Positions 37,915 through 50,800 of a stretch of 64,000 nucleotides of DNA are shown here, one piece after another. Source of the DNA: Lytechinus pictus (taxonomy: Eukaryota); contig NC_087245.1 in assembly GCF_037042905.1 (NCBI RefSeq), forward strand, positions 30,816,001 to 30,880,000, read 5' to 3'. Numbering within the stretch: position 1 is the first letter of the stretch; each line of letters starts with the position of its first letter. Made by a program: the position numbers and the translations under genes. The notes beneath the pieces were generated by a model, which was not told the origin of the DNA, searched no databases, and saw only the letters and a list, made by a program, of their open reading frames with translations.

Positions 37915-38793
37915 ATTCCAGCTGATCGAGCCCAATTTGGACGCCCCAAATTGGGGGCGTCTGTCGGGGGGAGGGTGTCCCACTACTTAAAGTGTCAGTT
38001 AAGTGTCATTCATGTACAAGTGAACTATTCCAAATATTTTCCTGTTCGTTTCAGTTGGTTACCTTGCCCGCTGATGTAGCTAAATTTGGGAGGGGGCGTC
38101 TGTCGGGGGCGCCCCACCACTTAAAATGTCAGTTAAGTGTCATTCATGTACAAGTGAACTATGCCGAACATTATCCTGTTGGTTTCAGTTGGTTACCTTG
38201 CCAGCTGATCTAGCTAAATTTGGGAGGGGGCAGGGTTTTGGGGGCGTCTGCCGGGGGCACCCCACCACCTAAAGTGTCAGTTAAGTGTCATTCATGTACA
38301 AGTGAACTATGCCGAACATTATCCTGTTGGTTTCAATTGGTTACCTTTCCAGCTGATCTAGCTCAATTTGGGGCCCCCAATTGGGGGCGTCTGCCGGGGG
38401 TGCCCCACCACTTAAAGTGTCAGTTAAGTGTCATTCATGTACAAGTGAACTGTTCCGAACATTTTCCTTTGGTTTCAGGTGGTTACCTTGCCAGCTGATC
38501 TAGCTAAATTTGGGAGGGGGCGGTGTTTGGGGGCGTCTGCTGGGGGCGCCCCACCACTTAAAGTGTCAGTCAAGTGTCATTCATATAAAAGTGAACTATG
38601 CCGAACATTATCCTGTTCGTTTCAAGTGGTTACCTTTCCAGCTGATCTAGCTCAATTTGGGGCCCCCAATTGGGGGCGTCTGCCGGGGGTGCCCCACCAC
38701 TTAAAGTGTCAGTTAAGTATCATTCATGTACAAGTGAACTATGCCGAACATTTTCCTGTTGGTTTCAGATGGTTACCTTTCCAGCTGATCTAG
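37915..38793. repeat. Right 143-bp tandem array (~6 units, inverted relative to left)
   Basis: cagctgatctag recurs; mirrored ORFs on opposite strands in the track. Confidence 0.95.
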
Positions 38794-38950
38794 CTCAATT
38801 TTGGGGCCTCTTTTTAGGGCCCCTACGGCCACATCCACCACTTAGGACACGGCAGACGCCCCATTCATTGCATTGTGTGATATGGGGAATCACGTCATTT
38901 ACATGAAAATTGTCTACCTTTTCAGCTATGCTGACCCCTCCTGGCTCCCG

Positions 38951-39125
38951 TACTATACTACTACTGCTATTACTACTACAACTTCTACTACTTCTACTAC
39001 TACTACTACTACTGCTACTACTATTACGACTACTACTACTACTACTACTACTTCTACTACTACTACTACTGCTACTACTACTACTACTACTGCTACTAAT
39101 ACTACTACTACTACCATACCACCAC
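38951..39125. repeat. (TAC)n microsatellite, right flank
   Basis: Visible; same orientation as the left flank. Confidence 0.95.
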
Positions 39126-39403
39126 CATTATGCTACTACCACTTTTACTATAACGACAACTACAACCTCAATCATCACCATCAATTTTCCACCACCATCA
39201 CTACCATTTCTTGTAATAATATTAGTACTATCATTGCTGCTGTTAATGGTGATGCAACTACTAAAACGATTCTCCTACCACCACTAACACTGAATGCTTC
39301 AACAGATACCGCGCATTCCATTCCACATGCAATACCAACAACTTCTACGGTATTATTCCCCCTATATTCCATCTACTCTTTGTCTGTTGAATTGTTACAT
39401 TAA

Positions 39404-39965
39404 AGGGGTACTCCGGGCTGAAAATGATTATCTCTGAAGAAATGAAGTAAAATTCACTAAGCAAAATGCTGAAAATTTCATCAAATGCATACAAATTTCA
39501 TGAAGTTGCATGCACACCGTCATGAATATTCATTAGATGATATGATGATGTCATGTCCCCACTTTCCCTTTTATGTTATTACACGAAACCATAATTATTT
39601 CCTATTTTCATACACTTATGTATGACTTTCCTTGTCATAGAATAAGTTGCAGCAATGAATATCTAATGCATGAAATATATCAGTATCAATCAAATTTTTG
39701 TAATTCTTGGAGGACAAAATTTGAATAAACTGAATTTCATACAATGAAATGCAAAAAGAACAAGTGGGGATATGACATCATCAATTTACTCATTGGATAT
39801 TCATGAACGCATGCATAAAACCGTTTCACCAAAGTAATGCAAATTTTTAAAATGTCACAACTTGGTTATTTCTTATCAAAATTTTATCAAATTTTCAGTG
39901 TTTTGTTTGTCCAATTTTTCTTTTATCCGTTTAAAATCAGATCATTTTCACCCTGGAGTACGCCT
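39404..39965. mobile_element. Kolobok-like MITE (TTAA TSD)
   Basis: ttaa|aggggtactccgggctgaaaa ... ttttcaccctggagtacgcct|ttaa. Confidence 0.85.
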
Positions 39966-40231
39966 TTAATCAATATGCAAATCAGACGGCTCACATTTGT
40001 ATAAAAACAAAACGTTCATACAAATTTGTTTCGTATCATCATAGCTTGATTTATTTTTATATAGATTATGTACAACTGTAAGAAATAAAATCCTTGCTAA
40101 TCACGGTAAAAACAATTTGAACAAAATCCAATTTCAGTAGATGGCTTGTGATGCAGGATGTGATATCTACAGACACATGTGCATGATGACATAAATGATC
40201 ATAATAAATGGAGTACATAATGGAACAATTA

Positions 40232-40435
40232 CACAGTAAAAAAAAATTATACAACGCTGTTTACTATATGAACCTTACAGTTTAAACAACTGTTTAAATC
40301 TTAAACAACAAAGTTTAATTTTCAATATATAATTGTCAATAAATTAAACATGATTGTTTAAACGGTTAAACAAATACTGTAAGGTTCATATAGTAAACAG
40401 CGTTGTATAAAATCTTAAACAGCGTTTTTACTGTG
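40232..40435. mobile_element. Palindromic EnSpm-like MITE
   Basis: ta|cacagtaaaaa ... tttttactgtg|ta with a long internal perfect inverted repeat (tatacaacgctgtttactatatgaaccttacagt). Confidence 0.8.
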
Positions 40436-40936
40436 TACTTATATGTGTATAAATCAACATAATTATACTATAGATTTCACATGTTGGCATAAGAAGTAAA
40501 TAACAATTCACCTGTTCATATCATTCATACAGGGAAAATGTAGACTGTAATCTATGATAAGGGATAAACGCTCTACTTTTTCTAGAGGCTCAAAGTTCAG
40601 AACATTGATAAAATTGTAGAAATATTCGTATTTGTTGTCGAATAAGCACTTGAACCCTTTCATAAAGCCATTTTTGTATATCCCTAGGCATTATAACATA
40701 TAAAGCTGCTTAGCGATTATTTGTTACTATTATTATGGTGATATTTCTGATTGATCGTATGAAATACTCACCGCTATCAATCGTAGAAATTAACCCCACA
40801 ACCAAACTGGAAGCTTTATGGTATTGGGCAGTGGTCAAATTATGATCAATAATAAACTTTGCATTTAGAAGAATGTTAACAGGAATAACAAACCGATTTC
40901 AACTTTGACTGATGTGTATGAAAATAATGGATACTG

Positions 40937-41250
40937 TGGCCCGTATTCTGAAGTCAGGTTTAACTTAGACCATGGTCTAACTCTGTACTAAAATTATGGG
41001 AAGCCAAAAGTCTAAAAAAAAATATTAAGTTGTATATTTTTTATGTTTACTGTGCTCTTTCCTGATTCAACGATGGTGAAGACGATCACTCTATTTATAC
41101 TTCCTAGACAATTATGAATGATTTGAGAGCCAATTGAGCTGAATTATGATATCTCTATTGTTTGGTGATTATGTAACAATTGGCTGTCCATACTTAAACC
41201 ACAAGTTTAAACCTGAGTTTAAGTTAAACCTGACTTCAGAATACGGGCCT
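40937..41250. mobile_element. Harbinger-like MITE
   Basis: 30-bp TIR ggcccgtattctgaagtcaggtttaactta. Confidence 0.85.
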
Positions 41251-41430
41251 TTGACTTTGAACCTAAGAGCAGGTCACCAGTCATGCTTGAAGATGTGTGT
41301 AATGTACAAACAGCAAAATGAACATTCCAGCACCCTACTTTCATGGGCCCATTTCCTTAAAAGGTACAAGTACAATGTCATATTGTAGCTTTGCCATTAA
41401 TGGTATTAATTGTAAAAGGCAAAGTTACCA

Positions 41431-41566
41431 GGGTCCCGTAACACAAACGTTATCGATTAATCGTATGCTTCATTTTAACAACTGATTGTACATCGTGGTA
41501 AATGCAATCATATCAATCGTTGAAAAGTGTTATACGATCATTACTAAGCTTTGTGTTACGGGCTCC
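41431..41566. mobile_element. ~135-bp Harbinger-like MITE (family also at 44153-44290 and 48744-48875)
   Basis: gggtcccgtaacacaaa / tttgtgttacgggctcc. Confidence 0.75.
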
Positions 41567-44152
41567 TGGTGTGCGTTTCATAAAGCCATTGGTAAATTAT
41601 GAATGACTTTTTGCACAACTGGCGATGACTGTCTTTGCGCTAACTTATATACTCAGTATCCCTATGGAGCTGACATAGCACCAAAGAAAATGTTTAAGAT
41701 GTTTATATAGTCATGCGCAAGTTTACAAACAGCGTAATGGAACATCCACCGGTATCAAATATATCGATCTTTCTGTTCACATTCAAAGATCCAACATTAA
41801 TCTATTAAAGGAATGTTAGTAATGATTAGTAGTAGTTTACTACCACTGTTACTGCTGATATAATGATAATACTAATACACTTTCAAGAAAAGAGAGATAG
41901 GGAAAGAGAAAAGATAGTTGGTAAAAGAAAGGTGACCTTAGTTCTTGATTCTGCAAACAAAACAAAACACTTTCATTTCAACAAAATACAATGACTTATT
42001 TCAATCAAAACAATTCTCAAGTACCTCTTATTGCTCTACTGAGCATTACATTAATGTTAAAAAACAAAGAATTTGTATTATTTAAAGACCTAGACTGGAG
42101 CTAAACGTGAAAATTGACAAATAAAAACTCTATAAAGCTGCACAGCAAAACAATGCATTAACATATTCACCACTTGCCAGCTAAGCATTTCGCTTAAGAA
42201 AACCCAAATTAACAGGTTTCGACTACCGGGCCTAATTTTATGTTTAACCGGCCTGAATTACGTGAAGTGATAATGTGTCAATAGGGTTGTGATTACAGAG
42301 GTTGGAATGCAGAAAAGATGGCTTTTGAGATTGAGATGAATTCAATTTCTTTTTTATTTTGCAGAGGAAAATAGCACTGACATTTATTCAGTGCTCAAAA
42401 AGATGGAACCTGCATTGTTTGACTGTTTTTTTTTTCTTTATTTCTTTGTTTAGCTCTTATTTGGCTTACATTGCTGTGACAGGAAAAACTGTTAAACATA
42501 CATGTAATCAGAGTACAGATAGAGGTGGAGAGCTGTGTCAAATAAGCCGTAAAATAGACATGGAAAAAACCTATACAAAAGCTGTAGGTTTCATTGTTTT
42601 AACATCAAGCAACTGACATTTATGATGTCTCTATGGGACAGCAGTGGAAAAAGAAATATCAAATGTGAAGTCTGAAAAGCAATCAAATCGCCCGGTGTTT
42701 CTGTGTACAATCCTATGGAAGCACAATGCTTCTTACACAACATGGTGTCAAGATTTGATGCTGGTGAAAAGCACAATTAACTCCATTTTCGAAGCCTGAT
42801 AACTGGAGCTTTTCTGAAGCAAAATACTCAGCTGACAAGCAGTGAGAATGCATAAACCTTGCATCGCTGTATTTTGTAGTTCATAGGATTTTGAAAGGTA
42901 TACGACTTGTCAATTCCACTTTATGGTCCTGTCTGGGTCTTTAATGGCAGATAAAAGAACATAACTTTAATAATATTTCATTATAATTATTACATTCTAA
43001 TTAAACTATTATTATATGTTCACTGTATTATTAGTTATGATATTTTTATAGTATACTGAATTCATGTCATAATGGTGTAAGTGAAAGGTATTATAAAAAA
43101 AATATGACTCTAAGAAAAAGAAAAAGTAATTACATCCCAAATTACCTCATTAAACCATAATTAATTATCATATCAAATAAACCACTAGTAATTTTCTTTG
43201 TGTTTTGGTTTTCCTTCTACAAGAAAAAAAAACCCTTCCAGAATCAAATGTGCCCATACAGACATACAGTAAAGCCTAATATCATGGTACAAAAAAATTC
43301 ACACAACTTTTTGACCAAATACACAAACACTGTGAGGCTAAAAAGTGAGGTTAATGACAATAAGGGGGGGGGGGGGACTCTCTGAATGTATCTCTTAAAA
43401 CAGAGGTCCAAAATAATATTCAGGATCAAAATATTATATGACATGATTTGTGGGACATTTCATACATAAGATTCTAAGGTTAAGCTTCTTTGACAAAGAC
43501 CTTGGATGGCCAATTCCATTTAGTGATTAATCACAAATCTCTGTATTGTGGAGCAAAAGTCACATAGCAAACATAAATTTGTTCCCCCTCATGATTTCTG
43601 TCACCCCCAAAAATGTTACAAATTATGCTCCCCTTATTTTCGAAAATGCTTACTACAGAATGCATAGATAGATAATCAGTCATCACAATAATAATTTCTT
43701 CAATTGCAAAATATTAAGTTTATGAGTTACATTATATTACATGTATTTTGCAAATGTAAACATAATCAAGAAAACGATTCATAATCAATTCCAGGCATAT
43801 CAAACCAGTCCACTGACAAAGGCCGAACTGCAAACAATATATCATCACCTTAAAACCTTAAAAATCTGAACATATTGATCGAAGCTCAGAAAAAGCTGTA
43901 TTGTGGCAATGGTAGCAACCCAGTATTGTCTGAAAACCGTCTCGTAATTCATGTAGAGAATGCCTCCTAGGCAAAATTGAGACCAAATGGCCATACACCA
44001 CAACAACTCAGGGACAGCCAGGGCCGGTTGATTGGGATAACTGGAAAAACTGATGGCAGGTACTGTAAATTGCATAGAAAATAACGTAAACATCACACAA
44101 CGTTCATTCTTGAATTCCGTACGCCCATGCCACACCCTAGGTGAGAAGAGCA

Positions 44153-44290
44153 GGGGCGCGTAACACAAAGCTTACAAATGTAGAAATCATCATAGAACTT
44201 TTTCTACGATTGATTGCATTGACTATAATGTACAAGCAATCGTCAAAATCAAGCTTACGATTAATCACTAAGCTTTGTGTTACGGGACCC
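44153..44290. mobile_element. ~135-bp Harbinger-like MITE
   Basis: ggggcgcgtaacacaaagctta / taagctttgtgttacgggaccc. Confidence 0.75.
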
Positions 44291-45569
44291 AGGTCTCCCT
44301 TAAGATTTTATGTAACTTTTTATCATCAATAAAACAGTGCGAAAAACACAATGTGGTCCAATAGAGATTTGGTTTGTTTTGCCAAATTTAAAAGACGATT
44401 ATGACCCATTGGATGCCTTGTCAAAAGTCAGAACGTTTTTCGCTTGGGAATCCCGAAAGCGTCCTTCTCTTGCTGATTCTTACACTCCACCATAGACAAA
44501 ACAATACTATGAAAAGACATACGTGTATAGTGACTTCATGATGGAATTCCTACTAAAAGACGTAGCACAGACTTTGACCAGGTACCTCAATGAGAATAAG
44601 TGAAAAATACCAAGACTAAATTTCTTCTTTCTCCTTATTTTCATGATTATATTAGATTCTACAACAACTCACCCCAAGATCATTAAGAAATTATTATCTA
44701 TGATAATTAGTTAGGCATGATTCAGATTTTTATATCAATCTTCAATCGATCAATTCATCCATTTCAATTTAAAAAAACACACAACCTACTTGTCTGGTGC
44801 AGTTTTTGTGGCCTAATTAAAACAATTCATTATGGATAACCTTATGTCGAGTCGTGCAACTGAAATAGGAAAAAAAAATCAAATTTATGGAAGACCAGTC
44901 ATTTCTCACCAGTTTGTTACACACAATACCAATAGGTTGGCAATATATTGTGTGCATTTCCCATAGAGGGATACAGCTTTCACAATTTCAAAATTAAATC
45001 TTCTTTTGTTCCTCAAATCAGCAACAGCCATTAAAACAATCTTTAAAAAATATATAAGATTTATAAAAAAATAAGGATTAAAATGAGCCAAGATTAATGA
45101 TGAAATATGATCAATTGCCAATTTGCATGTTTAAACAAAGATTTTGTCATTTCCATTATGTTGCCAATTTAGAGTATGTAATGATTAGCTCAGGTCAAAC
45201 AGCTTTAATTCACGAATGGTATCATTTTAGTAAAGCATTCACATGATTTTACATCAGTGGTGATTTTCAGCAAACTTCTTGCCAAATTTCAGCTTTGACA
45301 TTGTGCAGTGTTCCATAAATTTTGACGGTATGAAGGGTCTACCTTGGTGCAACTGCAGTTACAGCAAATTGAGAGAGGTAATAAACATGATTGAAATTTT
45401 CTATTGCATTAAACCATATATATATATACATATATATATATAATATATTAATTAATACACATCTTTTTTTCATCCATAGGGCTGGTATTCTCACTCACGG
45501 TTCAGTGTTAAATAACAATGTTTTTAATTTAAAAAAATATTAAAAACTACAATTATGGGCTGTGAAACC

Positions 45570-46870
45570 ATCACTTGAATGCAACCTTGAACCTTAGAAA
45601 TTGGTCACATTGATGCATGTTGGAAATCTTGGCCATCTAAGAACAAGAGTACTTTCAGTTTTGCCTTGAATGTAACCATGGCCATCTAGCAACCATAGCA
45701 CTTCTCACTCAAATGCAACCTTGACCATTGAAAAGCCATATCATCTTTTTAGTTCTCACTTGAATGCAACTTTGACAATCAAACAGACTTAGCACTTTAT
45801 GTTCATCCTTGAATACAACTTTAATTAACCATCGAACAGCCATACCATATCACCTTTCAGTTCTCACTTAAAGGGGAACCCTGCCTTGGTCATAAATGTT
45901 GTGTTGGAAAAGAGAAAAATAAATAAAACAGAAATGGTGAAAATTTGAAAGAAATCAGACAAACGATAAGAAAGTTATGGCTGTTTTAAAATTGAGATCC
46001 CTAAGACTATGTAGATTTCAAATTAGCAACTGGGTAAGAAAATTATGACAAGGGGCAAGGACAACTTTCCTATAGACCATGTACTTAATTATCAGGGATT
46101 TGTGGTTTTCTCCAAAGTACCCATTCCCCTGAAGAATTAATCTAAATATAACCCAGGAAGTATATTGTTTTATGTCTTCATGAAAGAAAAATATAATTTG
46201 AACTATAACTTTTGAAAAAAAAAAGAAATTTCAGCCATTTGATGTATTGGAGTACATGGAAAAGTAGCCCATGCCTTACATCACTATGACATCACATATG
46301 CGGCCAATTTGAAGTCTCCATGGGAATATGAATTTTTACTCCTTTCAAAAATTCAAAACTTTCTTATTGTTTGTCCGATATTGTTCAAACTTTCACCTAT
46401 AAATTTGTCTGATTTTTCTTTTTCCTCTAAAACAAGTATATTTGGGCTGGATTCCCCTTTAAATGCAATTTTGACCATCTAACAGCAATTTCAATTAGAG
46501 TTCTCACTTGAATGCAACTTTGAACATCTAACCGCCCCATCACTTTGAGTTCTCACTTGAATGTAACTTTGACAATCAAACAGCGATATCACTCGGAGTT
46601 CTCACTTGAATGCAACTTTGACAATCAAACAGCTATATCACTTTGAGTTCTCACTTGAACGCAACTTTGACAATCAAACAGCTTATACCACTTTGAGTTC
46701 TCACTTGAACGCAACTTTGACAATCAAACAGCTATATCACTTTGAGTTCTCACTTGAATGCAACTTTGACAATCAAACAGCCAAATCACTTTCAGCTATC
46801 ACTTGAATGAAACTTTGATCATCTAACAGCAAGAGAACTTTGAGTTCTAAGTAAAATGCAAACTTATTAT
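45570..46870. repeat. 49-bp minisatellite array downstream of the Rab32 stop, interrupted by a MITE
   Basis: Unit ttctcacttgaatgcaactttgacaatcaaacagctatatcactttgag; homogeneous at 46500-46800, degenerate at the edges. Confidence 0.9.
45872..46458. mobile_element. Kolobok-like MITE (TTAA TSD)
   Basis: ttctcac-ttaa|aggggaaccctgcc ... ggctggattcccct|ttaa-atgcaa. Confidence 0.85.
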
Positions 46871-47730
46871 CAAACCGAGGTTCAATAAATTACCCGAGGG
46901 AGGGGAACAACACGCACCTAGAAGAATTCTCGACCATTCTTGTCTGAATATTCATGGACAACTGGCACATTGCGATTGTAACTTGAAAGCCACCTAGTTC
47001 ATCAAACAACCATGGAGCAAGAGTCCCTGGTAATGATCGCATGGTAAAAAGTGATTACCGAAAGAGTAAATTACTTGGTAGAGGCATTCCTATGGGTTAA
47101 TCATCTTCAATGCAAATTAAAAAGGTGCATCACTTCTTCACAAATCATGTCTTAATTTGTTCAAAGGAAAATGTACAAAAGTGCAGCTGCATGATCTTGA
47201 AAGCATTATTGTCTTGTTTTTTTTTTTTGTGAGTGCATTTTACCGTTTTCAGTCAACTCACTATTCAGTAGAAGCGTACCCTTGAACACAGATTTCTCAA
47301 ATAAAAATGATAAAAAGATATTAACAGAAAATGACAAATGTGAAAATTAACATATCAGTAAATATTTGTTTAAAAATATACAAGTTGATTTGATAGCTTT
47401 AAATTAGAACCCGCTTGTCATAAGTCTCAATGTATAGGTCACACATTATAATCTTGCCTCTAATTGCCTTAGATCTGCTTGCGAGCCAGCACGGATCTCA
47501 CATACGAATAACTGAGATTGGGTGAACATATGCCTTAAATAGATTTACGTACATTACATTCCAATTCAATGGTGAATGATTAGTGAGTAACAGACACCAT
47601 ACAGCTCAGGTATATATTCATTTCAATAGCTGTGGAATAATGTTAGGTGTACAGCACATGTAAATACATGTATATCACTGAATGGTAGAAAAGGGAGAGA
47701 AGAAGAGGGGAAAGGGTAATAACTAGGGGG

Positions 47731-47841
47731 TCAGCAACACGCCCCCTTCTCTTCCACCGGTGGTTTTTCACCATCTAACTTGAAAGGATCCCCATCTGGT
47801 TCAGTCTCCTCGTGGTTTATTGCTTTGTCGTTGGCTAGGAT
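47731..47841 (-). CDS. RAB32: Rab32 last coding exon (ILANDKAIN...EEKGACC*)
   Basis: ctgcag acceptor; CC motif immediately before TGA. Confidence 0.92.
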   Translation of the reverse strand: MLANDKAINHEETEPDGDPFKLDGEKPPVEEKGACC

Positions 47842-50800
47842 CTGCAGGGTTAGAGAAAAAAATGGAATGAGAGAGATTAAAAGGGAAGACAAAGATAAAA
47901 GAGGTTTCTATCATCACAATAGAAAATCAAGCTTAACATATGAACTTATGTCTACTGTACTGTAATTCCCAAAAGATTTGCACAGGAACCATCCAGGGGT
48001 CCGTTTCATAAAGCTGTTCGTAAGTTAAGAGCGACTTTAAGAACGACTGGTGATCCTTTTTATGCTCTAAACCATCGCCAATGAATCTACCATTTACCAC
48101 AAGAAAGGATCCCCAGTCGTTCTTAAAGTCGCTCTTAACTTACGAACAGCTTTATGAAACACCCACCAGTTCTAGTAAACAAATATATCAGGCTGTGAGA
48201 AAGTATAGTGGAATTATTTATCTGAGGTTGGTCTGGCAATATAGTACTTTTGCCAGTCCAACCGAGGATAAACAATTCTCACTATGCTTTCAATTGAAAC
48301 GCCTGATATATTTGTTTTATATCCTACTTTTACTAATTCAAAACCAAAATCTAAGCGCTGAGCTTGCAAAGTCTGGTTACTTGCATAGAATAACCTACTT
48401 TTCTCCAAGCCACTGAACTAAGCGGAACAAGGATAAGTGCCTGCACCGACGCAACACAGGACTTGCCCGGGAGAGACAGCTCCCTGGCCGGTGCGCCCGA
48501 GAGTTTAGCTAAATATCCAGTTTTCTGAAATAATCACATCTGAATATTGGTATAGCGAAAAATATATCGAGGTCTGACGTCACGCAACATCATATTGAAA
48601 TATATTTGGTCACATGATGCTATTTGAACCTAAATGTATCACTACACAGGATTAGTCAATGTAGGATATAAAAGGCAATGGGTCACATCATATTAAAAAT
48701 CTGAACAATAGACAAAAACAAGAGGATTCTTCCAATAAAATTAGGGGCCCGTATCACAATGCTTAGCAATGATCATAGAACATTTTTCTACGATTGATTC
48801 CATTTACTACAATGTACCAATCAATCGTGAAAATCAAGCGTACGATTAATCGCAAACCTTTGTGTTATGGGACCCAAATGTAGAGATCTATGGAAAGTCA
48901 GAGTGAGCATGAGAGAGAAATAGAGTGAGAGTGACAGAGTAGGGGGGGGGGTAGAAAATACAATTTGAAAGCCGAGCATCAGATTGCGACAGGGAAAAAT
49001 GGCATTTCTTTCCAGGATCTATACTTAAATAGCATTATAACAATGATCATGTGGTCACTCCCTCTTTCAGACATTTTTGTTGTGTGCTTAATTGGTTCTC
49101 CAATAGCACTGTATTATCTGATGATAAACAGTTGGAGAGTAATTTAGAAGAGGAAGTCGTTAATGACACCATCAAAGTTTTGCTTCTATCGTTTCTGACA
49201 ATTAAGTCTCCAAGAAGATCTTTTCGCCATTGTACTGTACCACACAATAAGCACAAAATGTTTTCTAATTAATTATATGTACCTTCCTCAGTAACAATTG
49301 TTAATGAAAAATTCAGGTTTGCTTTTAAAATTCAATAGATTAAATTCAGAAGAAAAAAAATCAAATTTAGTCGAATAACAAAATGAATAATAAATTTAAG
49401 CTTCAATTTCATTAAGACACATGCGAGCAGCTTCCGAAAGATGTGTGTCACTTGATGTACATTCCATCAGATGCAATTTTCTCAGAAATTTAATAATGGT
49501 CGTTTCTGGGGAAGTTACAGGTAAAGACCCTTGTGCATTGCAAGAAGTTAATGACAGGTTCGAATTTCCCTGGTTCCACTCCGTTTGCTCTAAACTATCA
49601 TCAAAAGTCATTTTACAACTTCATGTCTTTTTAATTGGTGACAGACTAGATTTACTCAAGAATAGGGTGGTATAAAATTTCAAGAAATTTTATGTATATC
49701 CTCATGAATTTCTTTTTAACTCTTCCTAAGCATAAATGAATTCAATAACAAAAAACAAAAAAAGCTAAATTGATAGATGAATTTCAAAGTTTCCAGTGAA
49801 TTTAATGGGCTTGAATAGATAACATTCAGTAATTATCTGGTGCGGGCTTGGTCCGGACCTGACCCAAAATATGGTGCTTCTCAGAGCAGCGCTGAGTCAG
49901 CCTGAACTTACTTGATTAACGGTCTTAAAGAGTTGGGACTTAGCACGGAAAAGTGACCTACTGAACATAGCATAGTGCAGCAATTTGATTAACGGGTAAG
50001 ACTTTTAAATGCTGTAATAGCCACCTTGTAAAAAGTCAGAGCCTCACATTTCCCAGAGGAATCCAGCAAGCAGCTTTTCATTATTCCGGTTCTGTGCAAG
50101 CAATGCGGTGGCGTTGCTGGCAAATTACCCACAACAAAGTTTTGAGCATGTTCAAATCAGACTTGCGTGCGCTTCTTCGTGTTAGATGCGTGCAAGATAC
50201 TGTCAATGCCGGCGACCTCCGGGTAGCAAAATAGTTACCCACAAGTCACACGCAAGGCTTGCATGGAACGATGTGACAGGGCCATTATAAATCATCACAT
50301 TTCACCATAGGCAAAGTAATGACCATGCAATGAAAAGACACATTCAGGTAGCACCTTCATATTGGGATTCCGGCTAAAAGACAGGGCAGAGACTTTTTAA
50401 CAAGTTGCCTCAGAATTTCACTTACACTGGTGACTAGAAACCTTGCAGCTTCATCAATGTTGATGTTGTCTTTGGCCGATGTCTCAAACCAGTTGATGAA
50501 CCCTTTATCCTTGCAGTACTCGTCCATCTGACTGCTATTATTAACAAGGCCTTCTTTGGTTTGATCACACTGAAATTAAGCACACAAAAAATCAAGCAAT
50601 ATTAGGATTAATTGATGGTACATACTCTGCAGCTCATATTCTTGAAAGAAGTTTCACTTGTACCATGGTACAAAACCATGGAATATGCAGATTTCTCGTA
50701 TAATCGCACTTAATTCAAGAGTAAATTTAGTGACCTTTATAGCCCAAAGCATTTATAATTGGATTTTTCCTAGTGTACACAATGAAATAAGTATAATTAT

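Larger units (their letters stand above)
32331..38950. mobile_element. 6.6-kb foldback element with hAT-like termini and 143-bp tandem arrays in both arms
   Basis: Left caggagccaggaggggtcagcatagctgaaaagg..., right ...ccttttcagctatgctgacccctcctggctcccg; candidate TSD tactagag/tactatac (6/8); no transposase ORF. Confidence 0.88.

Noticed and set aside
32488..38793. 143-bp arrays as CRISPR arrays or as a repeated small-protein gene family (MGASAGGAPPLKVSVK... ORFs)
   Set aside because: Whole units repeat with no unique spacers and there are no cas genes. The ORFs are frameshifted between units and mirror the inverted repeat.
45570..46870. 49-bp repeat as a CRISPR array or coding repeat
   Set aside because: Contiguous tandem units without spacers; the unit length is not a multiple of 3
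49047..49675. Short ORFs in the last Rab32 intron as alternative terminal exons
   Set aside because: The phase-0 acceptors I tried lead to early stops and no C-terminal Cys motif; no recognisable homology
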